Part shown: positions 16,440 through 25,804 of the stretch, one piece after another
How the letters are laid out: each line of letters starts with the position of its first letter
Position numbering within the stretch: the stretch's first letter is position 1
DNA from: a virus
Reading direction: 5' to 3' (one strand)
IMG/VR virus record: IMGVR_UViG_3300044771_000012
Location: 1-64,000 of that record
DNA: 64,000 bases
Notes under the pieces: model-generated
Database searches by the model: none
What the model was told of the DNA's origin: nothing
What the model saw: only the letters and a program-made list of their open reading frames with translations
Made by a program: the position numbers and the translations under genes

Positions 16440-18908
16440 ATGGCAAAGTTTAGAAGAGAAGTTTACATTGGGAATGAATCTCCTGTCGCAATCGGCGACG
16501 GGAAGTGCCGAGTTCTCCTTGATACGACTAAGTTTACATCCGGCACTTATTATCTTGAAATAACGGCCTACAACGGTGATTCCTCCTCAAGAGATATTGC
16601 TCTTCACAATTCAAACCATACCGTTGAAGCGACGATCACCGTCCCTGCCGGCACGACAACCTATACCAGGTTTAGGACATCATTCACGCCTGACAATAAT
16701 TATCAGGAAAAACATTTTTATTTCTCTACCGCTCCTTCTTCTCTTTCTTTTCACGCCAGAATAATCATCGTTCAAGATACCTCTGCCGTTCTAAATACGC
16801 AGGGTGCTCCATTTCTGGGTTTCCGAAATGGAGTGGGAATGTCCACCCCGACGGTTGATACATGGGTTGATGGTAATTATTGGCTTTATACTATCGCAAA
16901 TTGGGACGGAACGACAAAGACCTTTGAGGCGGAGGTTGTTTACTGGACAAATTCAACCAAAAATTCGGTAACGATTAAACTCCAAGAAGATGATGGAAGT
17001 TTTAATTTCTCTGATAAGGTTACGGTCGTCAATGCAGGCACGGCGACCGTTCCAACGAGAGTTCGGGTTTCCTTTATTCCTGTCGGTGGAAGAAATTATC
17101 GTTTCGTTTTTCGTGGATCGGCCACAAAATATGAGACCTATGTCTGGGAAGCAAGGATTGTCATTACCCAAAACGATCCGACGGCGATCACAAAATTTGA
17201 AGACGGATATGAATGGGGGCCTAATTTTACCGATACCATCCATGGTTATCACGATCCCGCAGAATGGACGATAACCCACGATCACTATGCAGAGCATACC
17301 GGCTATGGGAGCACATCCAATACTTATCAGCAGGCAAAGAATGGCTCTTGGGCTACGCTGACCAATTCAAGTATTACCGGAATTAATCGGATTCGGGGTT
17401 CGACGGCAATCACCATGCCGACTTCCGCAAAAGAACTTCGACCACAATATGCCACAGCGATTCCTGCCGGATGCAGAATCGTAACAATATGTGTCATCGC
17501 ATCTACCACGTTTGAGTATGCCGGTAACATCATCGTCTCCCTGACTCCGGGGTCGTCTTTCTTTGCCGCATACTCTTACACCGGAGCCGCAACCCTTGAG
17601 TTAATCCCCAATAGTTCATACACCCAATTAGCAGTCTTTGAATATAGTGGGGCCATCTCCCTTGAATTAATTTTAAGCTCCACTCATTTGGCACATTTTG
17701 TTTCGCAGGGGAATATTGGTCTTTCCCTTCTCCCTTCTTCAACCACCAACTATTATCCTGCCATCTTCTCTTACTTAAACGAGAGAGGTCAATTCATATT
17801 CAACACCTGGGGCGGTCTCACGGAATTTGGGACAAAAAAAGCATTCTATCAAACCGTTGATGAATCTGGAATTTGGGACAAAAGTGGCAATCTCCCTCTC
17901 GATAAATATGTCGGAACGGTGGTCGTTGAACTTCAACCAAATTCTGTCTATCAAGACGTTCCCCCACTTCTTTTCCAATATCAAGGTGAAATAGCAGTTT
18001 CTTTAACTCCTAATTCGCCCTACGCCGCCGATGCTCCTCCTTATCAGGGATCGGTCACTTTCACTCTCACCCCGAACAGTTCCTACGGGTATGCGTTTTA
18101 TTACACGGGAAACATTGCCATTAATCTTTTGCCAGTCTCTCCTTCTTTTGCGAATTATCCTTATTCCGGGGCAATCCCCCTCGCTCTATTGCTTGGATCA
18201 ATTTATGGCCCTATATTCACCTATGCCGGAGCGATCCTTATAGAGGAACTTCCCGGAGCTACTTATGTTGAAGAGTGGACTTATCTCGGAAACGTTCTTT
18301 TACAAATGGTTCCAAATTCGAGTTATTTGCGGGACTTCGTTTATCAGGCAAGCGTGCCATTGGAAATCATTTCGACTTCTTCGTATTTCCCGATTTATTT
18401 TTATACTGCGGACGTTGCCCTCTCTCTTCTTCCGGCGAGTAATCATTTTGGAGACTACGTTTATTACGGAGCGTTATTAACGTCTCTTCTCCCTGCTTCA
18501 CCTTATTTTTCAGACTATGTTTTTGTGGGAAATCAATTTCTTAACTTCATCCTCCAATCGGCATTCGTTCCACAATGGGAAGTCGTGGGGGAAATCGACC
18601 TTACTCTTTTCCCAGGAGCGGATTATAAACATGACTTTTATTTTCCAGGATCAATACTGATTCGTCTCTTGCCAGAATCGACACACCTTGCTCATTATCT
18701 TTATTTCGGCCTCATTCAAATTCTATTGAGCCTCTCGAACCTGGATGCACAAGAGCCGATTGAATCTTTTTTCTTTGATAGTATCGAATCGGGATCAATG
18801 TCTCCTGCTCCCCAGGGCATTTATCCTTATCCCGTAATTGAAACCAAAACCCTACCGCCTCCGACTGAAACGGTTATTTACATCGAGACGGAGGAGAGGG
18901 TGAAATAA
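16440..18908 (+). CDS. fibre-like structural protein with ~18 copies of a ~20-aa repeat
   Basis: 822-aa ORF. From about aa 360 onward it repeats Y-x-G-x-[IV]-x-L-x-L-x-P-x-S-x-[YF]. Confidence 0.7.
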   Translation: MAKFRREVYIGNESPVAIGDGKCRVLLDTTKFTSGTYYLEITAYNGDSSSRDIALHNSNHTVEATITVPAGTTTYTRFRTSFTPDNNYQEKHFYFSTAPSSLSFHARIIIVQDTSAVLNTQGAPFLGFRNGVGMSTPTVDTWVDGNYWLYTIANWDGTTKTFEAEVVYWTNSTKNSVTIKLQEDDGSFNFSDKVTVVNAGTATVPTRVRVSFIPVGGRNYRFVFRGSATKYETYVWEARIVITQNDPTAITKFEDGYEWGPNFTDTIHGYHDPAEWTITHDHYAEHTGYGSTSNTYQQAKNGSWATLTNSSITGINRIRGSTAITMPTSAKELRPQYATAIPAGCRIVTICVIASTTFEYAGNIIVSLTPGSSFFAAYSYTGAATLELIPNSSYTQLAVFEYSGAISLELILSSTHLAHFVSQGNIGLSLLPSSTTNYYPAIFSYLNERGQFIFNTWGGLTEFGTKKAFYQTVDESGIWDKSGNLPLDKYVGTVVVELQPNSVYQDVPPLLFQYQGEIAVSLTPNSPYAADAPPYQGSVTFTLTPNSSYGYAFYYTGNIAINLLPVSPSFANYPYSGAIPLALLLGSIYGPIFTYAGAILIEELPGATYVEEWTYLGNVLLQMVPNSSYLRDFVYQASVPLEIISTSSYFPIYFYTADVALSLLPASNHFGDYVYYGALLTSLLPASPYFSDYVFVGNQFLNFILQSAFVPQWEVVGEIDLTLFPGADYKHDFYFPGSILIRLLPESTHLAHYLYFGLIQILLSLSNLDAQEPIESFFFDSIESGSMSPAPQGIYPYPVIETKTLPPPTETVIYIETEERVK

Positions 18909-18918
18909 AGGAGATGAA

Positions 18919-20451
18919 ATGGCAGTCCCGGTAATTCAAGGTGTAGGCCCAAAAGGAAACGGAACGGGAAATGTCCAGTATCTCTTCACGGGTGTTTCCT
19001 ATCAACTTAACGACATTGGTTTGCTTTTCATCGAAACCGCAAATGCCGCCACGATTTCGGTTGACCAGGGATGGACACAGGTATCGAGCAGTCCGCAATC
19101 CTCCACAGCGACCATACTTCATCTCTATTGGAAAAGACTTTCTGCTTCTGAGACTGGCCCCACGGCCACGCAGGGGGGAACGACTAACCATCAATGTGGT
19201 GGGATCATTGTCATCCGTGGATGTATCGAGACTGGCAATCCATGGAACATCACCAATGGGACAATCGAAACGGCTTCTGATACTTCGGTTTCTGTTCCGG
19301 GTGGAACGACCACGATTGCTGAATGTCTCGTTCTTGCGGCGACCTCGGATCAGACAGACTCAGCTTCCGCACAAGGCACGGGCACTCCCGCAAATGCTGA
19401 TTTAACCAGCGTTGCCTATACCGTCCTTAACTACAATACCAATAATGGCAATGGGGGTGGTGTTGTTGTGATGAAAGGTGAAAAAGCATCGGCAGGAACT
19501 TATGGTGCTTCTTCGATGACCCTTGTTACCGCATCCGACAAGGGCCTCATCAATATCGCCCTAAAACCGCCGCCTCCATCATGGGATTATTCTGGTGCAA
19601 TAGACCTCCCTCTCACACCTGGATCGACCTATCTCCAAGGTTTTGCTTATTTAGGAAACATCACCGCATCTTTTACTCCTGGATCAACCTACTTTGCCGA
19701 TTATCCTTACTCTGGGGCCATCATCTCTTCTCTTGCTCCGGGGGCAGTTTACACAATGGATCACCCCCCGTATGCGGGTGCAATCGGTCTTTCGCTCACA
19801 CCTGGATCGACCTATCTGCAAGAATGGCTTTATACCGGAGCGATCCTTCTTGAATTGATCCCTGGTTCTGCTTATGAATACGTCGGTGTTTCGGCATGGG
19901 AGTATTCTGGGAATGTGGCATTCTCATTAACTCCGGGATCGACCTTCTTCGCTAATTATCCTTTTACCGGAACGATCCTTTGTGTCTTGATCCCAGGAGC
20001 CATCTATACCAACGATCCTCCTGCCTATGCCGGAGCCATCTTGGTTTCCATTCTTCCCGCATCATCCTTTTTTGCGATTTATATTTTTGGAGGAGGGATT
20101 TCTCTCAATTTCGTTCCCAATTCCACTTACCAATATCAAGGAGGTGGTTTTGACTGGATTGGCGATGTGGTTTTTAATCTTTCGCCTCAGTCCACCTACG
20201 TTCCGGGATTCGCTTTTCTTGCAGGAATTGGCGTTTCATTAAGTCCTGCGTCAATCTATTTATACGAACTCATTTTCATCCCAGATACTCAAAGTCCTAC
20301 CATTTCGTTTTTTCTCTCGGCGGAGACCGAACTTTGGAGGACAATTTTAGTCCCGGCATCCTCGATTTACGGTTACGAAAGGATCGAAGAAAGACCCGTC
20401 GAGGGTCTTCCCGAAGATGGATATGTCTATCTTCAAGAGATGATAAAATAA
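18919..20451 (+). CDS. fibre-like structural protein with ~11 copies of the same ~20-aa repeat
   Basis: 510-aa ORF after AAGGAGATG. Repeats such as YSGAIDLPLTPGSTYLQGFA run from about aa 222. Confidence 0.7.
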   Translation: MAVPVIQGVGPKGNGTGNVQYLFTGVSYQLNDIGLLFIETANAATISVDQGWTQVSSSPQSSTATILHLYWKRLSASETGPTATQGGTTNHQCGGIIVIRGCIETGNPWNITNGTIETASDTSVSVPGGTTTIAECLVLAATSDQTDSASAQGTGTPANADLTSVAYTVLNYNTNNGNGGGVVVMKGEKASAGTYGASSMTLVTASDKGLINIALKPPPPSWDYSGAIDLPLTPGSTYLQGFAYLGNITASFTPGSTYFADYPYSGAIISSLAPGAVYTMDHPPYAGAIGLSLTPGSTYLQEWLYTGAILLELIPGSAYEYVGVSAWEYSGNVAFSLTPGSTFFANYPFTGTILCVLIPGAIYTNDPPAYAGAILVSILPASSFFAIYIFGGGISLNFVPNSTYQYQGGGFDWIGDVVFNLSPQSTYVPGFAFLAGIGVSLSPASIYLYELIFIPDTQSPTISFFLSAETELWRTILVPASSIYGYERIEERPVEGLPEDGYVYLQEMIK

Positions 20452-20459
20452 AAAAAGAC

Positions 20460-20489
20460 TTGACTTTGTTTAAATGTATCTGGTAAAAG
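20460..20489 (+). promoter_or_regulatory. sigma70-like promoter with extended -10
   Basis: TTGACT at 20460-20465, 18-nt spacer containing TGG, then TAAAAG at 20484-20489. Preceded by AAAAAAGAC. Confidence 0.4.
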
Positions 20490-20534
20490 ATTGAAAAGCG
20501 GGTTCCTTTAATCGCTGAACCAAAACAGCTTACG

Positions 20535-20575
20535 AAGCCCCGGATGAGTCTATTGACTCTCCGGGGCTTTTTTTA
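20535..20575 (+). terminator. rho-independent terminator
   Basis: AAGCCCCGGA / TCCGGGGCTT stem followed by a T run of 7 or more. Confidence 0.8.
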
Positions 20576-20590
20576 TTTCCGCAATTCACC

Positions 20591-20648
20591 GAAGACCGTA
20601 AAGTCGGCTCGGAGAAAATACCCAAAGGGAAGACCGTAAAGTCGGCTC
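20591..20648 (+). repeat. two perfect 20-bp direct repeats GAAGACCGTAAAGTCGGCTC
   Basis: Copies at 20591-20610 and 20629-20648 (38-bp period), lying between the terminator and the RBS of the scaffold-like gene. Confidence 0.9.
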
Positions 20649-20668
20649 CCAGAAAGAAGGAGATCATT

Positions 20669-21757
20669 ATGGCTATACCACGGAATGTCGCAAAACAAGG
20701 TGAGAGAGCGGAACTGATTAGGAAGAAGGTTTATGACGAAGGGAAGACCCCGCAGGAATTGGGCGTGAAAACCCAAATCCCCCCCGGTGAGGCTCCCCCG
20801 ATAGAACCCAATCCCGATCCGGCTATTCCCCCAGGAGACAATATTGAACCTGGAAAGGAAACTCCTCCGCCTGACGACGGTTACAAGGTGAAATATGAAG
20901 CAACTCTTCACAAGTATGATGTGTTGAGGGCCAAGATTGACAGCGAAGTTCCAGACCTCGTTTCGGTAAATCGAATGATGGCTGGTCAGATTGCAACACT
21001 TCAATCAACGATTTCAGACCTTCAAGCGAAGACCATCAAACCACCTGAAGAACCTGCCGCTAAACCCGATCCACAAGAAACTCAAGACCTCCAAACCTAC
21101 CAAGATGCCTATCCTGAAATCCATCGGGGACAACTCATTGTGATGAAGCAATGGATTAAGTCCGATGAATTCAAGGGTATGGTGTATTCCATCGTGGATG
21201 AGGTTTTCAAGGGAACGGTTGAGCCCAGGGTGGCATCGGTGGAAAAGGATGTGAAGCAATCTGCCGCAGAAACCTTTACCGGGAAACTGGATCGGTTAAT
21301 TAAGGACGAGAACGGTAATCCTTGTTGGAGGCAGATCAACGACGACAAGGAATTCACCATCCATCTCAAAAATAAGAAATACCGTGGGGTCTCAGATTTT
21401 GATCTTTTGCGAAATGCCCTAACTAATTCCGATGCGGATACGGTCGCAGAATTTTTCAACGACTGGCTGGCCCTTAAAAAGCCTGCGACTCCTGCACCTA
21501 AAATAGAAACACCTGTCGGCGAAGAAAAACCCGTCGAAGGTGATGAAGCCCTCGCTCCTTCGAGACCTGGTGGCGGAACGCCTCCAAAGAAACCGGGGGA
21601 TGGCGATGGAAAACCAAAAACCTTCACTCGATCCTTCGTCAAGAAGTTTCATACCGATGTTGCTCTCGGTCGATATAAGAACAAACCAAAAGATCGAGAA
21701 AAAATTACTGCCGAGATCAACGAGGCTATGACGAAAGGATTGATCGTTAACGGATAA
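20669..21757 (+). CDS. putative scaffolding protein
   Basis: Pro/Glu/Lys-rich, helical, 362 aa, immediately upstream of the major capsid gene, with an AAGGAGA RBS. Confidence 0.5.
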   Translation: MAIPRNVAKQGERAELIRKKVYDEGKTPQELGVKTQIPPGEAPPIEPNPDPAIPPGDNIEPGKETPPPDDGYKVKYEATLHKYDVLRAKIDSEVPDLVSVNRMMAGQIATLQSTISDLQAKTIKPPEEPAAKPDPQETQDLQTYQDAYPEIHRGQLIVMKQWIKSDEFKGMVYSIVDEVFKGTVEPRVASVEKDVKQSAAETFTGKLDRLIKDENGNPCWRQINDDKEFTIHLKNKKYRGVSDFDLLRNALTNSDADTVAEFFNDWLALKKPATPAPKIETPVGEEKPVEGDEALAPSRPGGGTPPKKPGDGDGKPKTFTRSFVKKFHTDVALGRYKNKPKDREKITAEINEAMTKGLIVNG

Positions 21758-21771
21758 GAGGAGGAAATACC

Positions 21772-22695
21772 ATGGCATACCCACGAGTCGCAGAAGTGCC
21801 CGATTATACGAGATCAGGGGCTCAGTTTATTCCAGAGATTTGGTCTGGAAAAATCCTCGTAAAGTATTATGATGCGACCTGTCTGTCGGAGATCAGCAAC
21901 ACCGATTACGAGGGCGAGATCAAGAAGTATGGTGATACCGTCCTGATCCGAACGGTCTCTCCCATCACCATCCGCAAATACGTTGTGGGTCAGGCTCTCA
22001 CGAGAGAACGACCTACTTCCGTTCCGACTTCTCTCTCCATCGATCAGGGTTACTACTGGGATGTGGAACTTGACGACGTGATGGATGTGCAGTCCGACAT
22101 CAATCTCCTCGACAAGTGGACAGAGGAAGCCGGTCAGCAGATGAAGATCACCATCGAAACGGATTGTTTCGTGACGATGGCATCCGGGGCTCACGCCAAG
22201 AATCAGGGCCTTACCGCAGGCGTGAAGTCTTCTTCTTATAGCCTGGGGGCCGCAGGTTTTCCTGAGACCGTTGATAAGGCGAATGTCCTTGACTACATCG
22301 TGGACTGCGGTTCCGTCCTCGATGAGCAAAACGTCCCTGAAACCGGTCGATGGATACTTATCCCCATCTGGATGGCGGGCCTCATCAAGAAGTCCGACCT
22401 GAAAGATGCCTCCCTTACGGGAGACAACACTTCCATTCTGCGGAATGGAAGACTGGGGCAGATAGACCGATTCACCCTTTACTCCTCGAACCTTCTCCCC
22501 ACGGCAGTTGATGGAGTGACTTGCTACAAGTCGATGTTCGGCCATCGAAGTGGGCCTTCTTTCGCTTCTCAGATCACCGAGACAGAGACCCTTCGGTCTC
22601 AGGATGCCTTCGCAGACATCGTGCGAGGGTTGAATATCCTGGGGTTCAAGGTTCTCAAGACTGAGAGCGTTGGAATTCTGTATTGCCACAAATAA
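21772..22695 (+). CDS. major capsid protein
   Basis: 307 aa after GAGGAGG. N-terminal pattern FIPEIWSGKILVKYYDATCLSEISNTDYEGEIKKYGDTVLIR is typical of phage coat proteins as I recall them. Position after the scaffold-like gene fits. A weak hairpin follows (22704-22725). Confidence 0.7.
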   Translation: MAYPRVAEVPDYTRSGAQFIPEIWSGKILVKYYDATCLSEISNTDYEGEIKKYGDTVLIRTVSPITIRKYVVGQALTRERPTSVPTSLSIDQGYYWDVELDDVMDVQSDINLLDKWTEEAGQQMKITIETDCFVTMASGAHAKNQGLTAGVKSSSYSLGAAGFPETVDKANVLDYIVDCGSVLDEQNVPETGRWILIPIWMAGLIKKSDLKDASLTGDNTSILRNGRLGQIDRFTLYSSNLLPTAVDGVTCYKSMFGHRSGPSFASQITETETLRSQDAFADIVRGLNILGFKVLKTESVGILYCHK

Positions 22696-22758
22696 CCCTT
22701 AACAGGCCCGCCACCATGGGGGCCTCTTTGAAATCCAATTAATAGGAGGGAACGAAAT

Positions 22759-23169
22759 ATGGGATCAACTATTGATTTAAGAAAAGAGACAGTAGGAGCC
22801 ATTCCGTCAAGCGGGATCAGGGCTCATGCGGTCATCGAAATTCCTGTTGATTTGACGAAGATTTCCGGTGGTCTCATAAACGGGAACACCTACCAGTATG
22901 GGGTAATCCCGGCTGGATTCGTTCTTACGGGAGTTGGCATCCGTGTCAAGACTGCAAGCCTCTTGACCGGAACTTCGACCTTGAACGACGGGTCGATCAC
23001 TCCCCTTGCGGCTCAGATTATGAACGCAATCGGGATGTTTTATGGCACGACCTCCCTGCCGAAGTATTACAAGGTCGCCACGACAATCGTTGGGCTGATC
23101 GCAACGGCGGACATCACCGGTGCGATTTTCGATGTGGTGCTCGAAGGGTATATGCTTACCCCAGAATAA
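22759..23169 (+). CDS. hypothetical capsid-associated protein
   Basis: ORF after TAGGAGGGAA. Followed by a terminator. Confidence 0.55.
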   Translation: MGSTIDLRKETVGAIPSSGIRAHAVIEIPVDLTKISGGLINGNTYQYGVIPAGFVLTGVGIRVKTASLLTGTSTLNDGSITPLAAQIMNAIGMFYGTTSLPKYYKVATTIVGLIATADITGAIFDVVLEGYMLTPE

Positions 23170-23177
23170 ACCTTAAC

Positions 23178-23205
23178 CGGGCCGCCTCGTGCGGCCCGCA
23201 TTTTT
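23178..23205 (+). terminator. rho-independent terminator
   Basis: CGGGCCGC-CTCGT-GCGGCCCG stem-loop, then CATTTTT. Confidence 0.7.
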
Positions 23206-23255
23206 CACATCCTTGGAAGAAGGCCAACTCGCCAAGGTGAAAGGAGGAAAAGCAA

Positions 23256-23861
23256 ATGGGCAGACGAGAACAAATGACCATTGGTGAACTTACCATCACC
23301 AAGGGCATTAAAACAGGTGTGGCTGGAATGATTCGGAAAATGGTAAGAGCTTATGCAGGCGTTCCGGCGGCCATCGTTGCGGCTCAGTATTTTACCGGGA
23401 ACATGGCGAATGGACTTTACGCCATTTTGAATCTGGGTCTTCCGGGAGATGGACTGGCCCACAATATCACCGTTGCGGCAACCACGGTGGCAACCGGGGC
23501 GGATACCCCAGGGAGTATTCTCTTTACCGGTCGTGATATTAACGGAAAGATCATCTCCGAAAGTATCATCCCACTCCAAGGTTCAACCGTTGCAGGATTG
23601 AAGGCTTTCGCAAAAGTGACCGCCATGCTTCAATCCGGGTGGATCATTGCCGGTGGTAACGATACCATCGTCATCGGCTTTGGTGAAGTCGTCGGTCTCC
23701 CCGACCGCCTCTCCGCAACGACCGATGTTCTGTTGGTTAGTTTCAGCACGGGCCTCGTGAACGCCCCCACCGTCGTTATCGGAGACGAATTGTGTGAAAA
23801 CACAGTCCTTGTTCCGACTGGCGATGGCTCGAAAAAGCTCACGGTGGTCTATCAGTCTTAA
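23256..23861 (+). CDS. hypothetical virion-module protein
   Basis: ORF after AAAGGAGGAAAAG. Confidence 0.6.
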   Translation: MGRREQMTIGELTITKGIKTGVAGMIRKMVRAYAGVPAAIVAAQYFTGNMANGLYAILNLGLPGDGLAHNITVAATTVATGADTPGSILFTGRDINGKIISESIIPLQGSTVAGLKAFAKVTAMLQSGWIIAGGNDTIVIGFGEVVGLPDRLSATTDVLLVSFSTGLVNAPTVVIGDELCENTVLVPTGDGSKKLTVVYQS

Positions 23862-23864
23862 CAA

Positions 23865-23890
23865 GAGGGAGGCTTCGGCCTCCCTTTTTT
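23865..23890 (+). terminator. rho-independent terminator
   Basis: GGGAGGC-TTCG-GCCTCCC stem-loop followed by TTTTTT. Confidence 0.85.
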
Positions 23891-23905
23891 CAAATGGGGG
23901 CGACT

Positions 23906-24814
23906 ATGAATACGAAGGAAATCCTCACTTCGACGAGGGTGGATAAACTCGATGATGTGAAGGGATACGGGAAAGGGTATGAACTTTGGAAAGACGAAGA
24001 ACTGCTTCGTCACTTGAATTTTGTTTTGAACGAATGGTGCAGGCAGACCCTTTGCCTTCGAGATTCCTCCACCGAAGCTATCTGTAAAATTTCTCTCCTT
24101 GCCAATCAATATATCTTTCCCATGGATTCGAGAATTGTCGCTCTTCACAAAGGAAGACTCCTGAGTGGATGGCCGAATATTGAAATCAAAGATGAACTCT
24201 GGCTCGATGACAATATCTTTTCATGGGAGACACGAGTAGGCGAACCCCGCTATCTCGTGCCCGATTATGAAGCGGCAAAGCTGAGAATTGTTCCCTATTT
24301 CAACACAGACGGTTATTTCTCCGGGGCCATGACCTTTTCGCTGGCGGATAAGAGCATCACAAAGGCGGGTGCAAACTTTTCCACCTATCTTTCGGTAGGT
24401 AATCAAGTGGTCATCTCCGGCACTACCAGTAACCTTGGAACTAAAACCGTGGTCACAGCCACCGCAGATGCCTTCACGGTGAGCGAAGCTGTCACGGACG
24501 AAACCCCTTCTGCGGCAATTATTCAGAAAGTTAGAGATACGTTGTGGCTCTCTACCTCTCGGTTGCCGCTTGTTCAATTAACTCTTGCGGCCTGGGAAAC
24601 CCTGTCGCCGGAGATCAACTTCGATTACCATCCGAAATTGATCGATGGAATTTTGAGAGAGGCTTATCTCAAACAGGATACCGAATGCTACGATCCAAAG
24701 GCCGCAGACAGGCATAGGATTTTATTTGAAACAAGCAAGGTTCTCGGTAAAAAGGAGAAGTATCGATTGAGACATTCGAGTCGTGTTCTCAGGCCGCACC
24801 CAGGAGCGATGTGA
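23906..24814 (+). CDS. hypothetical virion-module protein
   Basis: ATG at 23906 follows GGGGG. The track ORF start at 23894 has no RBS. Confidence 0.55.
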   Translation: MNTKEILTSTRVDKLDDVKGYGKGYELWKDEELLRHLNFVLNEWCRQTLCLRDSSTEAICKISLLANQYIFPMDSRIVALHKGRLLSGWPNIEIKDELWLDDNIFSWETRVGEPRYLVPDYEAAKLRIVPYFNTDGYFSGAMTFSLADKSITKAGANFSTYLSVGNQVVISGTTSNLGTKTVVTATADAFTVSEAVTDETPSAAIIQKVRDTLWLSTSRLPLVQLTLAAWETLSPEINFDYHPKLIDGILREAYLKQDTECYDPKAADRHRILFETSKVLGKKEKYRLRHSSRVLRPHPGAM

Positions 24815-25788
24815 TGGTTGAACCCTGGATAGATTTCAGAAATTATCTTGGTGTGAACAACATGGCCGATCCCCTGAGAATTCCGGTCGGGAAGGGGGGG
24901 ACATATCTTGAGGTCGGCGAAAATATCGACATCGACGATGACAAGATGATACATCGCAGAAAGGGGTTTTTTTATCCTATCGTGGAGGTTGCCATCCATT
25001 CGCTTTGGTCGAATAACAAGGTCTGTTTCTTTTGTGACGGAACAAATTTAAAACGTCTCTTTGAGGATGATTCCACCGAAACCATTCTTGGAGGGATCAA
25101 CCCAGGAGAACGAATGAGTTTTTTGGATGTGGCCGGAACGATCTATTTCTCAAACAAAAGTATTGTCGGATATATCGAAGACGGGAAACCACATCCATTT
25201 CCTAACCCAGACTTAGCCTTCAAGAAAAAGATGGTAGGCGGTCATTTGATCGAACTTTACAATTCGAGACTCTATTCTGCCCAGGGAGCGAAGATATTTT
25301 TCTCCGACGCAACGCAACCGATGAGGATGGACACGAGGAAAAATTTTCTTCAATTTAACGGTTGGATTACGATGCTCAAGTCTGTCAAGGATGGACTTTA
25401 TGTTGGGGCCGGAGAGGATGTTTTTTTCCTCCTGGGGGATGATCCTCTTCTTGCGGGAGGATTTGTTTATGACAGAGTTACAGATAGTAAGGCACTCGAA
25501 GGTTCTGCAATCACGGTCGAGGGAGAAGACATAGGCCCAGGTCTTCTTGGAAAGACGGTTTTGTGGGCCTCAGAAGACGGCATTTATCTGGGTCTTCCAG
25601 GAGGTCAGGTTAAAGAAGTGACGAAGGGAACCTATGGAGTTAAAGACGGCGAAAAAGGCACGGCGATCTACAAATGGGATCGTGGTTTTGGACAATATCT
25701 TTTTCTTTACGAAATGGTCGAAGGAACGGGTGGTGGCAAATTAAATCTTACAATGCCCCTGCCATCCTTAGAGATGGTAGGTCATTAA
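24814..25788 (+). CDS. hypothetical virion-module protein ending in one LTMPxPxLxMxG motif
   Basis: ATG after CAGGAG, overlapping the previous stop. C-terminus reads KLNLTMPLPSLEMVGH. Confidence 0.6.
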   Translation: MVEPWIDFRNYLGVNNMADPLRIPVGKGGTYLEVGENIDIDDDKMIHRRKGFFYPIVEVAIHSLWSNNKVCFFCDGTNLKRLFEDDSTETILGGINPGERMSFLDVAGTIYFSNKSIVGYIEDGKPHPFPNPDLAFKKKMVGGHLIELYNSRLYSAQGAKIFFSDATQPMRMDTRKNFLQFNGWITMLKSVKDGLYVGAGEDVFFLLGDDPLLAGGFVYDRVTDSKALEGSAITVEGEDIGPGLLGKTVLWASEDGIYLGLPGGQVKEVTKGTYGVKDGEKGTAIYKWDRGFGQYLFLYEMVEGTGGGKLNLTMPLPSLEMVGH

Positions 25789-25804
25789 AAGGAGGGAACT
25801 AAAA

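Noticed and set aside
16440-20451. Diversity-generating retroelement or CRISPR-like array as the source of the nucleotide repeats in the fibre genes
   Set aside because: The repeats are in-frame coding repeats of variable sequence. The window contains no reverse transcriptase, no template repeat and no spacer-like unique units.
21814-22689. 291-aa ORF on the minus strand
   Set aside because: It lies entirely antisense to the major capsid gene and has no RBS. Its composition is Arg/Gly/Ser/His-rich, typical of a shadow frame. The plus-strand product has a recognisable capsid signature.
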